From NCBI GenBank assembly GCA_965238005.1, contig OZ250165.1, forward strand, positions 4,128,001-4,192,000: a stretch of DNA of 64,000 nucleotides, written 5' to 3'. Below are positions 19,555 through 30,579 of the stretch, in pieces. The DNA is from Longimicrobiales bacterium. GTDB lineage: Bacteria > Gemmatimonadota > Gemmatimonadetes > Longimicrobiales > Gaopeijiaceae. Under the pieces are notes generated by a model, which had not been told where the DNA came from, did no database searches, and saw nothing but the letters and a program-made list of their open reading frames with translations. Positions within the stretch are counted from its first letter, which is position 1. Each line of letters opens with the position of its first letter. The translations under genes and the position numbers were made by a program.

Positions 19555-22182
19555 ATGGCGAACGACGAGCTCCGCCCGGGTGGAGAGAAGGTTCTAGAGC
19601 GTATCCTCGAAGACGAGATGCGTGAGTCGTTCATCGACTACTCGATGAGCGTCATCGTCCAGAGGGCTCTTCCCGACGTACGGGACGGATTGAAGCCTGT
19701 ACACCGGCGCATCCTCTACGCCATGAGCGAGTTGGGACTCAGTCCGGGACGGGCGTACAAGAAGTCCGCCACCGTCGTCGGCGAGGTCCTGGGCAAGTAC
19801 CACCCGCACGGCGACTCGGCCGTCTACGACTCCATGGTCCGGATGGTCCAGGACTTCTCGCTGCGCTACCCCCTCGTGGACGGTCAGGGAAACTTCGGCT
19901 CCATCGACGGAGACTCGGCGGCGGCCTACCGGTACACAGAGGCCCGCCTCATGGCCCTGGCCACGGAGCTCCTGGAGGACATCGACAAGGAGACGGTGTC
20001 GTTCTCGCCGAACTTCGACGGGCGCCTCGAGGAGCCTACGGTCCTTCCTGCCAAGGTCCCGAACCTCCTCATCAACGGCAGCTCGGGCATCGCCGTCGGG
20101 ATGGCGACGAACATCCCGCCACACAACCTGAGTGAGATCATCGCCGCCACCAAGGCGCTCATCGAAGATCCGCAGCTTCCCCAGGAGGAGCTCGAGAGGC
20201 TGGTAACCGGCCCGGACTTCCCCACGGGGGCCTATATCTGTGGCCGGCAGGGCATCGAGGACGCCTATCGGACCGGTCGTGGGCGTATCGTCATGCGCGC
20301 CCGGGCCTCTATCGAAGAGGTGGACGCGAACTCCGAGCGGATCGTGGTGACCGAGATCCCGTTCATGGTGAACAAGTCGCGGCTCATCGAGCAGATCGCT
20401 CAGCTGGTCCGGGACAAGAAGCTCACCGAGATTCGCGACCTGAGGGACGAGTCGGACCGGGACGGCCTCCGGATCGTCATCGAGCTCAAGAGGGACGCCA
20501 TCCCGCAGATCGTCCTGAACGGGCTGTACAAGCACACCCAGATGCAGTCCACCTTCGGAACCATCCTTCTTGCTCTGGTGAACGGCGTCCCGCGCGTGCT
20601 CTCCCTCAAGGAGATGCTCCTCCACTTCATCGACCACCGGCACAACGTGGTGGTGCGGCGCACCGCCTTCGATCTGGCCCGCGCCGAGGAGCGCGAGCAC
20701 ATCCTGGAGGGTCTCAAGATCGCCGTCGACAACATCGACGAGGTCATCAAGATCATCCGGGGATCCAGAGACGCCGAAACGGCTTCCACCCGTCTCCAAG
20801 ACACCTTCGAGCTCTCGGAGCGCCAGGCCAAGGCCATCCTCGACATGAGGCTCGCCAAGCTGACCGGCCTCGAGTTGGAGAAGCTCGAGGAGGAGCTCGC
20901 CGACGTCCGCGCCACCATTGAGGGGCTGCGGACGATCCTTGGCAGCAAGGAACGCCGCATGGCGATCGTCTCCGAAGAGCTGACCGCCATTGAGAAGAAG
21001 TACGGGGACGAGCGCCGCAGCGAGATCGTCAACGACGCGTCTTCCCTCGGAGTGGAGGATCTCATCGCCGACGAGGAGATGGTTATCACCGTCTCGCGTC
21101 AGGGCTACGTGAAGCGGGCGGAGATCGATACCTACCGTGCCCAGCGACGTGGGGGCCGGGGGCTACAGGGCATGGGCACGAAGGAAGAGGACTGGGTGGA
21201 GCACCTCTTCGTGGCCTCCGCCCACGAATATCTCATGATCTTCACCCGCTCGGGGCAGTGTCACTGGCTGAAGGTATGGCAGGTCCCCCCGGCGGGGCGG
21301 CATTCCAGGGGCAAGCCCATCGTCAACCTCCTGAACATCGATCCTGCCGACGAGATCGCGTCCATCGTTCCCGTCCGGGAGTTCTCCGACGATCACTACC
21401 TGCTCTTCTGCACCAAGGAAGGCACGGTCAAGAAGACGGCTCTTTCGGCCTACGGAAACGTCCGCTCCGTGGGCCTCATCGGCATCAACATCCGAGAGGG
21501 CGACGAGCTCATCGACGTCCGGATCACCGACGGTGACAACGAGGTGATCCTCGCGACACAGAAGGGCATGGCCATACGGTTCAACGAGCGGGATGCACGG
21601 AGCCAGGGCCGAGTGTCCGAGGGCGTTCGCGGCATCAGGCTCGGTGAGGACGACCACGTGGTCGGCATGGTCGTGGTCCGCCGAGAGGAGGCCACCCTGC
21701 TCGTGGTCTCCGAGGGCGGGATGGGCAAGCGCACCGCCATCGACGCCTACCGGCTACAAGCCCGGGGCGGCAAGGGCGTGATCAACCTCAAGACGACCGA
21801 GAAGACGGGTAAGGTCGTGGCGATCAAGTCCGTCGTTCCCCACGATCAGCTCATGGTCATCACGCGGAACGGCGTCATCAATCGCCAGCGCATCGACGAG
21901 ATCCGGGTGATCGGCCGGGCGACGCAAGGAGTCCGTCTCGTGAACCTGGACGATGGCGACGTGGTCATGGACGTGGCGCGCGTCATCCCGGAGCACGGGA
22001 ACGGAGATTCGGACGGCGACGACGCGTCCGAGGCAGAGGACAGCGCCGTCGTCGAGGGTAGCGCGGACGTCGAGGCCACGGTCGGAGTCGAGGGCGCCGC
22101 CGTCGCGGAGGGCGGTGTGGGTGCCGAGGCGGCACAGGAGACCGGGGACGCCGAGGGCGAGGCTGATTCCGAAGGTGAGTGA
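19555..22182 (+). CDS. gyrA: DNA gyrase subunit A
   Basis: [32 protein letters not shown], GyrA-box QRRGGRG, acidic tail. Confidence 0.97.
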   Translation: MANDELRPGGEKVLERILEDEMRESFIDYSMSVIVQRALPDVRDGLKPVHRRILYAMSELGLSPGRAYKKSATVVGEVLGKYHPHGDSAVYDSMVRMVQDFSLRYPLVDGQGNFGSIDGDSAAAYRYTEARLMALATELLEDIDKETVSFSPNFDGRLEEPTVLPAKVPNLLINGSSGIAVGMATNIPPHNLSEIIAATKALIEDPQLPQEELERLVTGPDFPTGAYICGRQGIEDAYRTGRGRIVMRARASIEEVDANSERIVVTEIPFMVNKSRLIEQIAQLVRDKKLTEIRDLRDESDRDGLRIVIELKRDAIPQIVLNGLYKHTQMQSTFGTILLALVNGVPRVLSLKEMLLHFIDHRHNVVVRRTAFDLARAEEREHILEGLKIAVDNIDEVIKIIRGSRDAETASTRLQDTFELSERQAKAILDMRLAKLTGLELEKLEEELADVRATIEGLRTILGSKERRMAIVSEELTAIEKKYGDERRSEIVNDASSLGVEDLIADEEMVITVSRQGYVKRAEIDTYRAQRRGGRGLQGMGTKEEDWVEHLFVASAHEYLMIFTRSGQCHWLKVWQVPPAGRHSRGKPIVNLLNIDPADEIASIVPVREFSDDHYLLFCTKEGTVKKTALSAYGNVRSVGLIGINIREGDELIDVRITDGDNEVILATQKGMAIRFNERDARSQGRVSEGVRGIRLGEDDHVVGMVVVRREEATLLVVSEGGMGKRTAIDAYRLQARGGKGVINLKTTEKTGKVVAIKSVVPHDQLMVITRNGVINRQRIDEIRVIGRATQGVRLVNLDDGDVVMDVARVIPEHGNGDSDGDDASEAEDSAVVEGSADVEATVGVEGAAVAEGGVGAEAAQETGDAEGEADSEGE

Positions 22183-23131
22183 AGCCCTCGTCGGGCTCGA
22201 CGCCATCCGGGAAGCCCATGAGCGGATCCGCTCCGTCGTGGTGCGGACGCCCCTCCACCCGGCCGACGCTCTTCAGGACGAGTTGTGGGGCGAGGTTCGC
22301 CTGAAGCTCGAGTCCCTACAGCGGGCCGGCTCGTTCAAGATCCGAGGGGCCTACAACTTCGTCGCTCAAATCCCCGAGGAAGAGCGAGCCAGGGGCATCA
22401 TCACATACTCGTCGGGGAACCACGCCCAGGCCGTGGCCCTCGCCGCCCAGCTTCATGGGATCCGGGCGGTCGTGGTGATGCCCGTGACGGCGCCGGAGGT
22501 GAAGCGGAAGGGTGCCGAACGGCTGGGTGCCGAGGTGGTACTGGAGGGGACCACCTCCCTGCAACGGAAGGTCCGAGCCGAGGCCATCGCCGGAGCGGAG
22601 GGGCTGGCCATGGTGCCGCCCTTCGACCACCCGCGGATCATCGCCGGCCAGGGTACGGTCGGACTCGAGGTGGCTGAGGACTGGGACGCGTTCGACACCG
22701 TCCTGCTCCCCATAGGAGGGGGTGGCCTGTGCAGCGGATCCGCGGCCGCAATTCGCCGGCTGCGGCCGACAGTGACAATCCTCGGCGTAGAGCCCGTGGG
22801 GGGGGCGTCCATGCGGGCAGCCTTGGACGCGGGAGAGCCGGTGACACTCGAGAGCAGCGAGTCTCTGGCCGACGGGCTCCTCCCGCTGCGGACCGGCGAC
22901 CACACCTTCCGGCACGTCCGTGAGCTCGTGGACGACGTCGTCCTCGTGGATGACCAGGCGATTCGGGAGGCGGCCGCCTTTCTCTTCGCCCGGCAGAGAC
23001 TGGTGGTCGAGTTCTCGGGGGCCGCGACGGTCGCAGCCCTGCGAAACGGTGGGGTGGAGACCCGCGACAAGAGGACGGTGGCGGTGATAAGCGGTGGGAA
23101 CATTGATCCCACCATTCTCGCCGCGCTCTAG
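22175..23131 (+). CDS. PLP-dependent threonine/serine dehydratase (no ACT domain)
   Basis: [45 protein letters not shown] start overlapping gyrA end. Confidence 0.9.
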   Translation: MSEALVGLDAIREAHERIRSVVVRTPLHPADALQDELWGEVRLKLESLQRAGSFKIRGAYNFVAQIPEEERARGIITYSSGNHAQAVALAAQLHGIRAVVVMPVTAPEVKRKGAERLGAEVVLEGTTSLQRKVRAEAIAGAEGLAMVPPFDHPRIIAGQGTVGLEVAEDWDAFDTVLLPIGGGGLCSGSAAAIRRLRPTVTILGVEPVGGASMRAALDAGEPVTLESSESLADGLLPLRTGDHTFRHVRELVDDVVLVDDQAIREAAAFLFARQRLVVEFSGAATVAALRNGGVETRDKRTVAVISGGNIDPTILAAL

Positions 23132-23817
23132 TGATGCAGCGCCTGATCCTATTCGACATCGATGGAACCCTGGCGGAGGGCGGCCCCGCCAAGGGAGCCT
23201 TTCACGCGGCCATGATGGCCACCTTCGGCACCGCAGGCGTCATCGAGTCACACAGCTTTTCCGGAAAGACCGATCCCCAGATAGCTCGGGAGCTGCTGGT
23301 TGCCAGCGGCTTCGACGACGACGAGATCGACGCCGGATTCCCGGGCCTCTGGCAGGGGTATGCGGAGGAGCTGGAGCGCCGCATCGTCGCCAATCCCATG
23401 CGGCTTCTGCCGGGCGTCAAGAAACTCATCCAGGCCCTCGAGGCGGAGGCCGAAGTGGCCTTGGGGCTCGTGACGGGCAACATCGCCCGCGGCGCTCGAC
23501 TGAAGCTCGGATCCGTGGGCTTGGACGGACGGTTCCACGTGGGCGGCTATGGATCGGATCACGAAGAGAGGGAGTACCTTCCCGGCATCGCGTTGAGCAG
23601 AGCGGCGGAGACGTGGGGGGTCAGGTTCGAGACCGACTGCGTGTTCGTGGTCGGCGACATGCCGCGCGACGTTCAGTGCGGCAAGCATCACGGGACCAGG
23701 ACCGCGGCCGTCGCCACGGGGCACTTCGACGAGGAACAGCTGGAGGCGGCGGGTGCGGACGTGGTCTTCGAGGACTTCTCAGAGGTATCGGCGGTGTTGG
23801 AGATCCTCCTGGCCTGA
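23131..23817 (+). CDS. HAD-family hydrolase
   Basis: LFDIDGTL, LVTGN, VVGDMPRD. Confidence 0.9.
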   Translation: MMQRLILFDIDGTLAEGGPAKGAFHAAMMATFGTAGVIESHSFSGKTDPQIARELLVASGFDDDEIDAGFPGLWQGYAEELERRIVANPMRLLPGVKKLIQALEAEAEVALGLVTGNIARGARLKLGSVGLDGRFHVGGYGSDHEEREYLPGIALSRAAETWGVRFETDCVFVVGDMPRDVQCGKHHGTRTAAVATGHFDEEQLEAAGADVVFEDFSEVSAVLEILLA

Positions 23818-23927
23818 CCGTTGGCGGGCTTTCCATTTGCCGGGGCCGCGGAGGGGGAACATCTTGTTTCGGCCCGCGTAGCGGGTTTGACGACGAGGGC
23901 CATGCACTCGAGAAGTGGAGTCAGCTC

Positions 23928-24668
23928 GTGTCTGAACAGAGGAGTGGGGATCTCAGGGGGTTCTACATGGTTCTTGCCGCGGTCGGCATCATCGCCGCCG
24001 GCGCCATTGCGTGGACGTTCCTTCAGAGCACCCTGAGCTCGGCCGCGACCGAGCCGATTCTCGAGATCGTGACCGGCCACCTCACCGACGTGGCCGCGCT
24101 GGTGAACCTGGCCACCGGCATCGAGCGGGGCGATCCCAACGCGCCCATTACGATCATGGAGTTCGGGGACTACCAGTGCCCGGCGTGCGACCAGTTCGCC
24201 ACGCTCGTGAAGCCCCAGGTGGACCTGGCGTACATCGAGACCGGCATGGCCCGCTTCGTCTTCCACGACTTCCCCTTGGCGGGGCACGCGTATGCCTTCG
24301 TGGCGGCGAGGGCCGCCCGCTGTGCGCTCGACCAGGGCGAGGAGTTCTACTGGCCGTTCCACGATCAGCTCTTCGCGCACCAGTCCACCTGGTCCGTGAG
24401 CCAGTCTCCCCCCCTGAACGCCTACGAGACGTACGCCGTCACCATCGGGTTGGACGCCGACGACTTCAGGGCCTGCCTCGACAGCGACCGACACGCCGAC
24501 GTGGTGAGCGCGAACATGAGGCTCGGGATGGAGCTGGGCGTTACGGGCACACCGACACTCTACGTTAGCAAGGGCGGCGGCACGGCGACGCGGGTCAACC
24601 GCTGGGGTGAGTTCGCCGGCGTCCAAGAGGTCATCGAGCGTTTGATGAGCGAAAGCGAGGGGAATTGA
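23928..24668 (+). CDS. DsbA/thioredoxin-fold membrane-anchored oxidoreductase
   Basis: N-terminal TM, EFGDYQCPAC, GVTGTPT; start placed at GTG 23928. Confidence 0.85.
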   Translation: MSEQRSGDLRGFYMVLAAVGIIAAGAIAWTFLQSTLSSAATEPILEIVTGHLTDVAALVNLATGIERGDPNAPITIMEFGDYQCPACDQFATLVKPQVDLAYIETGMARFVFHDFPLAGHAYAFVAARAARCALDQGEEFYWPFHDQLFAHQSTWSVSQSPPLNAYETYAVTIGLDADDFRACLDSDRHADVVSANMRLGMELGVTGTPTLYVSKGGGTATRVNRWGEFAGVQEVIERLMSESEGN

Positions 24669-24865
24669 GCGCCGACGTCGCCAGGGTAAGGCTCCTTTTC
24701 GTGGACGGCGGCTCCTATCACCACGAGGAGATCGAGATTCCCACTGCCATACTCGGGCGCTACCAGCGCCTGATCGACTGCCTTCAGGAGGAGCCCGACG
24801 TTCTCAAGCAGGTCTATGTAGACATGTCGCGCCTGTGCTCGGCGCAACTGGTGGAGAGCTCCTAG
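24665..24865 (+). CDS. Small hypothetical protein
   Basis: TTGA overlap with upstream gene; fills gap; coding-like composition. Confidence 0.6.
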   Translation: MSADVARVRLLFVDGGSYHHEEIEIPTAILGRYQRLIDCLQEEPDVLKQVYVDMSRLCSAQLVESS

Positions 24866-25392
24866 AGCCGCTCCCGGGCCCGGGCGAGGGTCCACTCACG
24901 CACGACAGGCGGAGGCCAGAGCCCGGCTTCCGCCTGTTGCTTCAGGGCCAGGGCCTCGGCCCGCGCTCGCCGGGCGACTTCCTCCGTCACCCATCCCCGC
25001 GCCTCCGCTTCCTCGAGCTCTTCCTCGTCCAGGATCTGAACCCGGCCGGTCGGGTCCCTCCAGACGTCGAGGAAGAGGTCCGTCGTGCGCCACGTGCCGC
25101 CCTCCTCGAACGCGCACGGTGTTAGGATGTTGGCGTACGTCCCCGTGAAGGTCCCGTCGGCTCGGTGGAATAGCCCGACGTCGTGCCACGCGCCGGGGAA
25201 GGTGAACCAGATCACCTCGGAGCCGGTCTCCAGGACGACATCGCCGTCGATTCGGATGGGCGGCTCGAAGCTCAGGTCGGTGGAGAAGGTGATCTTCACC
25301 TCGGCGTCGTCCCAGATCAGGTGCTGGGTGAAGATCTGCTCTCGGTCGGGAGGCCTGAGGTAGTGGATGTCGATCAGCGGCGGATCGCCCAT
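24862..25392 (-). CDS. DUF402-domain protein
   Basis: GTYANILTP, DLFLDVW, ILDEEEL. Confidence 0.75.
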   Translation of the reverse strand: MGDPPLIDIHYLRPPDREQIFTQHLIWDDAEVKITFSTDLSFEPPIRIDGDVVLETGSEVIWFTFPGAWHDVGLFHRADGTFTGTYANILTPCAFEEGGTWRTTDLFLDVWRDPTGRVQILDEEELEEAEARGWVTEEVARRARAEALALKQQAEAGLWPPPVVREWTLARARERL

Positions 25393-25396
25393 GCGC

Positions 25397-25726
25397 TCAG
25401 AGGCCGACCGCTTCTACGAAGATCTCCATGATGCCTCCGCAGACCGCGGGGCTCAGGGATAGCAGGTCTTCGGTGAGGTCGACACGGACGATGCGAGGCT
25501 CGCCGGTGCGCAGAACCTCCAGGGCGGCCTCTATGACCTCGGCCTCACCGCATCCGCCGCCCACCGTCCCCACCAGCCCGCGTTCGGGATCTACCAGCAT
25601 CTTGGCCCCGACCTTGCGGGGGGCCGACCCTTTGGTGGCCACGATGGTCGCAAGGGCGCAGGGGCGGCCCTCGCGCACCTTGTCCATCATGGTCCGGTAG
25701 AGGTTGTAATCGTCTTGTCGATTCAT
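25397..25726 (-). CDS. XdhC/CoxI N-terminal-domain protein
   Basis: LATIVATKGSAPRKVGAKMLV, GTVGGGCGE, VCGG. Confidence 0.85.
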   Translation of the reverse strand: MNRQDDYNLYRTMMDKVREGRPCALATIVATKGSAPRKVGAKMLVDPERGLVGTVGGGCGEAEVIEAALEVLRTGEPRIVRVDLTEDLLSLSPAVCGGIMEIFVEAVGL

Positions 25727-25744
25727 CGAAAGACAGTCGGGCTC

Positions 25745-26584
25745 CTAGAAGAATCGGTCAAGGACCCGCTCTCTGTCCGCGAGTGGGGAGCCGGCGCCGC
25801 CCCTCCGGAGGAGCACGATCTCGGCCGCCACGCTCACCGCGATCTCGGCGGGCGTCTCGGCCCCGATGTCGAGCCCCAGCGGGGCCCGGACTCGTGCGAG
25901 GCGATCCCTGGGGAGGCCCTCGTTCACGAGCTGGGCGAAGGCCGCTCGAACGCGCCGCCGGCTCCCGATCATGCCGATGTACGGCGGCTCCACCTCCATC
26001 CTCAGGATGTGCCGGAGGCACTCGTAGTCGTACTTGTGTCCCCGGGTCACCAGCACCACGTGGCTCGTCGAGTGGATGAGGACGTCGGCGAACGGATCGG
26101 CGAAGTCCACCCGCACGACCCGGTTCGCCTCGGGGAAGCGCTCCCGGGTGGCGAAGTCGGAACGGTCGTCGATGACGGTGACCCGAAAGCCCATGAGCGC
26201 ACCCACGGCGCAGAGCGGCTGCGCGATGTGACCGGCCCCCACGATCACCAGGTCCGGGTGTGGGTGATGGCCCTCGATGTACACGCTGACCTTCTCGCCG
26301 ACGGTGGATGCCAGCTCGTGAATCCCGTCCACGTTGGACGCGGGGTCCGCCAGGACGCTCTCGGCCAGGGCGAACGCCGCCTCGTCCAGGGCAGCGTCAC
26401 CGAAGGATCCGATGCGCCGAAGGGTTCCGCTGTCGGACTGTCGGATCACGACCCGCCGGCCCACCAGCTCCGTTGGACCGTCCACGGGTACGATGATCGC
26501 CGCGGCCTCGCGGGCCTCCTGGGCATCGAGGATCTCTTCGGCGGCCCTGAAGGCCGGGAGTGAGCTTTGGTCGGGAGCTGTCAT
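25745..26584 (-). CDS. xdhC: XdhC family protein (Rossmann domain)
   Basis: IVGAGHIA, VTRGHKYD, YIGMIGSRRR, APLGLDIGAETPAEIAVS. Confidence 0.85.
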   Translation of the reverse strand: MTAPDQSSLPAFRAAEEILDAQEAREAAAIIVPVDGPTELVGRRVVIRQSDSGTLRRIGSFGDAALDEAAFALAESVLADPASNVDGIHELASTVGEKVSVYIEGHHPHPDLVIVGAGHIAQPLCAVGALMGFRVTVIDDRSDFATRERFPEANRVVRVDFADPFADVLIHSTSHVVLVTRGHKYDYECLRHILRMEVEPPYIGMIGSRRRVRAAFAQLVNEGLPRDRLARVRAPLGLDIGAETPAEIAVSVAAEIVLLRRGGAGSPLADRERVLDRFF

Positions 26585-27216
26585 CGCGCCTGAAAACGTT
26601 GGCGGTACGCGTCGGGAAAGTGCCGACGGTAGTCGGTTAGATCGTCGATGTCGATGACGGTGCCTTGGTCCTCCACCGGAATCAGAGCCGCCACATCCAG
26701 GTGACGATAGACCACGGTCTTCGCCCCCTGTGGCAAGTTGTCATCGAGGAGCTCGTCGAAGAGGGTCCGTCGGAACACCACTGGATGTCCGCGTTTGCCC
26801 TGGAAGGTCGGTAGGGTGAGCGATCTCTCGTTCGAGTGGAATTCCGCGAGCAGCGTGCACACGGTGTCTGCCTGGAGCAGCGGATAGTCCACGGGACAGA
26901 AGGCGACCCCCTCCACCGAGGGATCCAGACTGCGAAGAGCCGCGCGCAAGGACCCGATGGGGCCGTCCTCCGGCGAGGGGTTCGTCACGACGACGGCGCC
27001 GGCCTCTCCGGCCTTCGCGGCGACCGGACCCTTCGGCGTCGGGAGGGCCACCAGGATCCGCGCACAGCCCCCGTCGTGGAGGGCGTGAATCACACGCTCG
27101 AGAAAGGTGCGGCCGCCGGCGTCCAGCATGGCCTTGGGCGTTCCCATCCGGCTCGAGACGCCGGAGCAGGGAACGACCCCCCAAACGTCAGCCTGCAAAG
27201 GACTCGTAGAAGCCAC
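26581..27216 (-). CDS. MocA/YgfJ-like nucleotidyltransferase
   Basis: GVSSRMGTPK, PVDYP, RGHPVVF, DIDD; beside XdhC genes. Confidence 0.8.
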   Translation of the reverse strand: MASTSPLQADVWGVVPCSGVSSRMGTPKAMLDAGGRTFLERVIHALHDGGCARILVALPTPKGPVAAKAGEAGAVVVTNPSPEDGPIGSLRAALRSLDPSVEGVAFCPVDYPLLQADTVCTLLAEFHSNERSLTLPTFQGKRGHPVVFRRTLFDELLDDNLPQGAKTVVYRHLDVAALIPVEDQGTVIDIDDLTDYRRHFPDAYRQRFQAR

Positions 27217-29362
27217 GATCCTCGCGTGCCAGACGCCGCATCAGTGCCGCGGGGGCGAATCGAGGCCCGTGCCTCTTCTCCAGATCCTCCAGCCTGGCGA
27301 GGACGGTGCGGGCGTGGATGGTGTCCGCGAACCGAAGCAGGCCGCCTCGGAAGGGTGGGAAGCCGGTGCCCATGATCATGGCGAGATCCACGTCACTGGC
27401 CCGCGTCACGATGCCCGCCTCCAACGCGCGAGCGGCCTCGTTCACCATGGCCAGCACAAGGCGACTTCTGATCTCCCGGGTCTCGATGGTGATCCGATCG
27501 TCGGGGACGGTGGGGGCCAGCACCGCGTAGATGTCCGGATCGACGCCCTTCTCCTTGTCACCATCGTACCGGTAGAACCCGAGCCCACCCTTCTTGCCCA
27601 GCCGCCCGCTGTCGGCCAGGGCGACCAGCGGCGGAGATGGGGCGAGGCGCTCACCCAGGGCCTCGTAGAGGGACTGGCCGGCGTGCCGGCTGATGTCGAT
27701 CCCCACCTCGTCCACCAGCCGGAGCGGTCCCATGGGCATGCCGAAGTTCTTCGCCGCCCCGTCCACGGCCTCGACGCTGGCTCCGTCCGCCAGGAGGAAG
27801 CCCGCCTCGTTCACGTATGGCCCAAGGATGCGGTTCACGAGGAAGCCGGGGCCGTCCCCCGTAACCACGGGCACCTTGCCCAACGCCAGCGCCAGAGCGT
27901 ACACGGTGGCCACCGCTTCGTCGCTGGTCCTGGCCCCACGCACCACCTCCACCAGGGGCATGCGGTGGACCGGGTTGAAGAAGTGCATGCCGGCGAAGTT
28001 CTCCGGGCGAGAGAGAGCGGTGCTCATCTCGTCCACAGACAGCGAGGACGTGTTCGTCGCCAGGATGCAGGCCCTCCGGAGGGCCTCCTCCGTCTCCCGG
28101 AGGACGATGCGCTTGATGTCCATCTTCTCGACCACGGCCTCTACGACCAGGTCGAGCCGTCCGAACCCCTCGTAGTCGAGGCCACCGGAGATGAGGGCTA
28201 TGCGCTGCTCGGCTTCCCGACGACTCAGCTTCTTGCGCTTCACCAGCTTGTCGAAGAGGCCCCGGGCGTGCTGCAGGCCGCTGGAGACGGCCTCGTGGTT
28301 GATGTCCTTCATGCGGACATGGATGCCACGGTGGGCGGCTAGCTGGGCGATGCCGCCTCCCATGACGCCGGCGCCGAGGACACCGAGGTACTCGACGCGA
28401 CCGGGTGTGACCGCAGCGTCCTGGACGCCCGTTCCCTTCCGTGCGTCCTCCCGGAGGTCGAAGACGTGGATCAGGTTCTTGCTCACCGACGAGACGATGA
28501 GATCCCCTGCCGCGTCGGCCTCGATCTCCAGGGCCCTGGAGAGAGGACGCCCGAGGCTGCGGCTCAGAACCTCGAGGATCCTGAGCGGCGCCGGATAGTG
28601 GCCGCCCATCTGGGAGAGCACGCGCCTCTTGGCCATGCTGAGGACGAGGAGGCGCCCGGGTACCGTGTCGTCCATCAGGCGCTTGAACACCGGCCGGCGA
28701 GCGCGGGTACGCTTGGACTGGTCGTCGGACTGAGCCGCGGCGAAGGCTGCCGCTTTTTCGTCGAACAGGTCAGCAGGAAGGATCGCGTCCACGAGTCCGA
28801 TACGCTTCGCCTTGGACGCCGAGATCTGACGTCCGGTGAGCATCACGTCCAGGGCGGCCTGGAGGCCCACGAGTCGTGGGAGCCGGGCGGTGCCGCCCCA
28901 TGCAGGAAGGATGCCCAGAAGGACCTCGGGAAGGCCCAAGGCGGTCCTCGGGGAGTCGGAGGCCACGCGATGGCTGCACGCCAGCGACAGCTCGGTCCCA
29001 CCGCCCAGACAGATGCCGTGAATCGCCGCAACCGTGGGGACGTCCAGGTCTTCGATAGATCCGAAAACGGCCTGTCCCATCCGAGACGCGTGCGCGCCCT
29101 GCGCCGGGTCCTCGATGGCCTCGATGGCCGCGACGTCGGCGCCGGCGATGAACCCACTCTTGCCGGTTCGGAACAGGAGGGCGCGAAGTCGCCCCTGTCG
29201 AGCGAGATCACGGGCCTCGTTCACGAGGTCGGCGAGACGTGTCATGACCGCCTCGGTGAGGACGTTCACCTTCCTGTCCGGATCGTCGAAGGTGATCCGC
29301 CCGATCCCGTCCTCGCCGACCTCGAGGGAGGGATGCGGCCCAGTTGGTTGGCTCGAGCTCAT
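27188..29362 (-). CDS. fadJ: Fatty acid oxidation complex alpha subunit (enoyl-CoA hydratase / 3-hydroxyacyl-CoA dehydrogenase)
   Basis: FIAGAD, CLGGGTE, GLPEV, GAGVMGGGIA, TNTSS, GMHFFNP, GFPPFRGG. Confidence 0.88.
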   Translation of the reverse strand: MSSSQPTGPHPSLEVGEDGIGRITFDDPDRKVNVLTEAVMTRLADLVNEARDLARQGRLRALLFRTGKSGFIAGADVAAIEAIEDPAQGAHASRMGQAVFGSIEDLDVPTVAAIHGICLGGGTELSLACSHRVASDSPRTALGLPEVLLGILPAWGGTARLPRLVGLQAALDVMLTGRQISASKAKRIGLVDAILPADLFDEKAAAFAAAQSDDQSKRTRARRPVFKRLMDDTVPGRLLVLSMAKRRVLSQMGGHYPAPLRILEVLSRSLGRPLSRALEIEADAAGDLIVSSVSKNLIHVFDLREDARKGTGVQDAAVTPGRVEYLGVLGAGVMGGGIAQLAAHRGIHVRMKDINHEAVSSGLQHARGLFDKLVKRKKLSRREAEQRIALISGGLDYEGFGRLDLVVEAVVEKMDIKRIVLRETEEALRRACILATNTSSLSVDEMSTALSRPENFAGMHFFNPVHRMPLVEVVRGARTSDEAVATVYALALALGKVPVVTGDGPGFLVNRILGPYVNEAGFLLADGASVEAVDGAAKNFGMPMGPLRLVDEVGIDISRHAGQSLYEALGERLAPSPPLVALADSGRLGKKGGLGFYRYDGDKEKGVDPDIYAVLAPTVPDDRITIETREIRSRLVLAMVNEAARALEAGIVTRASDVDLAMIMGTGFPPFRGGLLRFADTIHARTVLARLEDLEKRHGPRFAPAALMRRLAREDRGFYESFAG

Positions 29363-29550
29363 GTGCGCGCCGCACCCCACTTCGTCAGGAGGCTTCGAGT
29401 GTGGCTCCCCCGTAAGCTACCGAATGCCAGAAGGCTGTTGAAGAAGTACAATGGGCCGCGCACAGACAGCCTTCTACCCCGTCCGCATTTGCGAAAGCCC
29501 CGGGGATCGCGAGCGATCTCCGGGGCCTCCGGTCCGCGGGATTCGACGGT

Positions 29551-30327
29551 CTACAGCTTGGGCCGTGCCGTGGCGTTTTCCCGGGTCAGGCGAACCTGGA
29601 CGGGATCCCGCCCCGAGACGGTGACGGGGATGTTCCAGTACAGCTCCGTGTACGGGAGCTCGTAGCGCGCCGAGATCCACCACTCGCCTCGCTTGACCTC
29701 GAATCCGTCGGCGACGCCGCTGGCGTCCGTGGTGTCGTATAGGATGTCGCGTCCACTGCTCTGGAGACGAGTGGCCATGATGACGCCTACGCCGGCGAAG
29801 GCCTCGTCGGCCCACTGCTCACGTAGCAGCTTGGTCTCCTCGGCTGCCACGAACGACGCCTCCTGGAGTGAAGTGAAGTTCCCGAAGGCCAGATCCCGGG
29901 CACGCTCGACCCTGTTGTACTGGGCCTCCAGGTCCTGGAAGTCCCGGTAGAGGAGCCGGTACTGGCCGCTGTTGCGCCTCATTCCGTCGAGGGTCTCGCT
30001 GAGGGTCTGGAGCGTATCCCGCAGGACGTTCCAGCGCGCCTCCGTGTCCCGCCACTCCTGCTGCGCAGCCGAGACCGCGTTCTGGGCGTTGAGCACGGTG
30101 TCCGGAATGAGTGGCTCGGGGGTCGTCGCCGCCGCGGTCAGCGAATCGAAGATGACGTCCCGATTGAACGGCAACATCCGGATCTCCAGATCGCCCAGAG
30201 CCCTCGCCGCGACCGCCTGTTCGGGGTCGTCAGAACCGAGCTCGGCGTTCACGGCCACCTGAGTGGGGCCGCAGGCGGAGAGAAGGGCGGTTCCTAACAC
30301 GCCCAGCAGAAGCTTGCTTCGCGTCAT
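29551..30327 (-). CDS. Hypothetical lipoprotein with coiled coil
   Basis: MTRSKLLLGVLGTALLSAC lipobox; RBS upstream of ATG 30327. Confidence 0.7.
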   Translation of the reverse strand: MTRSKLLLGVLGTALLSACGPTQVAVNAELGSDDPEQAVAARALGDLEIRMLPFNRDVIFDSLTAAATTPEPLIPDTVLNAQNAVSAAQQEWRDTEARWNVLRDTLQTLSETLDGMRRNSGQYRLLYRDFQDLEAQYNRVERARDLAFGNFTSLQEASFVAAEETKLLREQWADEAFAGVGVIMATRLQSSGRDILYDTTDASGVADGFEVKRGEWWISARYELPYTELYWNIPVTVSGRDPVQVRLTRENATARPKL

Positions 30328-30495
30328 GTCCAACTCCGTTACACGTTCTTGAAAAAGTGGCCCAAGGTACAACTCGTCGGAGGCTCCATCAAGGTTACCG
30401 TAACGGATCGCCGGAGGTCTGACCAGCGCGATCCGGGTCATTCGGGAAGGACAGTGGGAGGAGCAGGATTCCGGCTCGTCGAGTGGCCACAAATG

Positions 30496-30519
30496 AAAAA
30501 GGGCGCCCCGGGGCGCCCT
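30496..30519 (-). terminator. Rho-independent terminator
   Basis: AGGGCGCC/GGCGCCCT stem followed on the minus strand by a T run, downstream of the M23 gene. Confidence 0.65.
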
Positions 30520-30579
30520 CGTGATCGCAACCTCGACGCACTCTCTACTTACGAAAAGCCACCTGCCGAAGAGTTGTGC

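Noticed and set aside
19555..22182. parC rather than gyrA
   Set aside because: GyrA-box QRRGGRG is present
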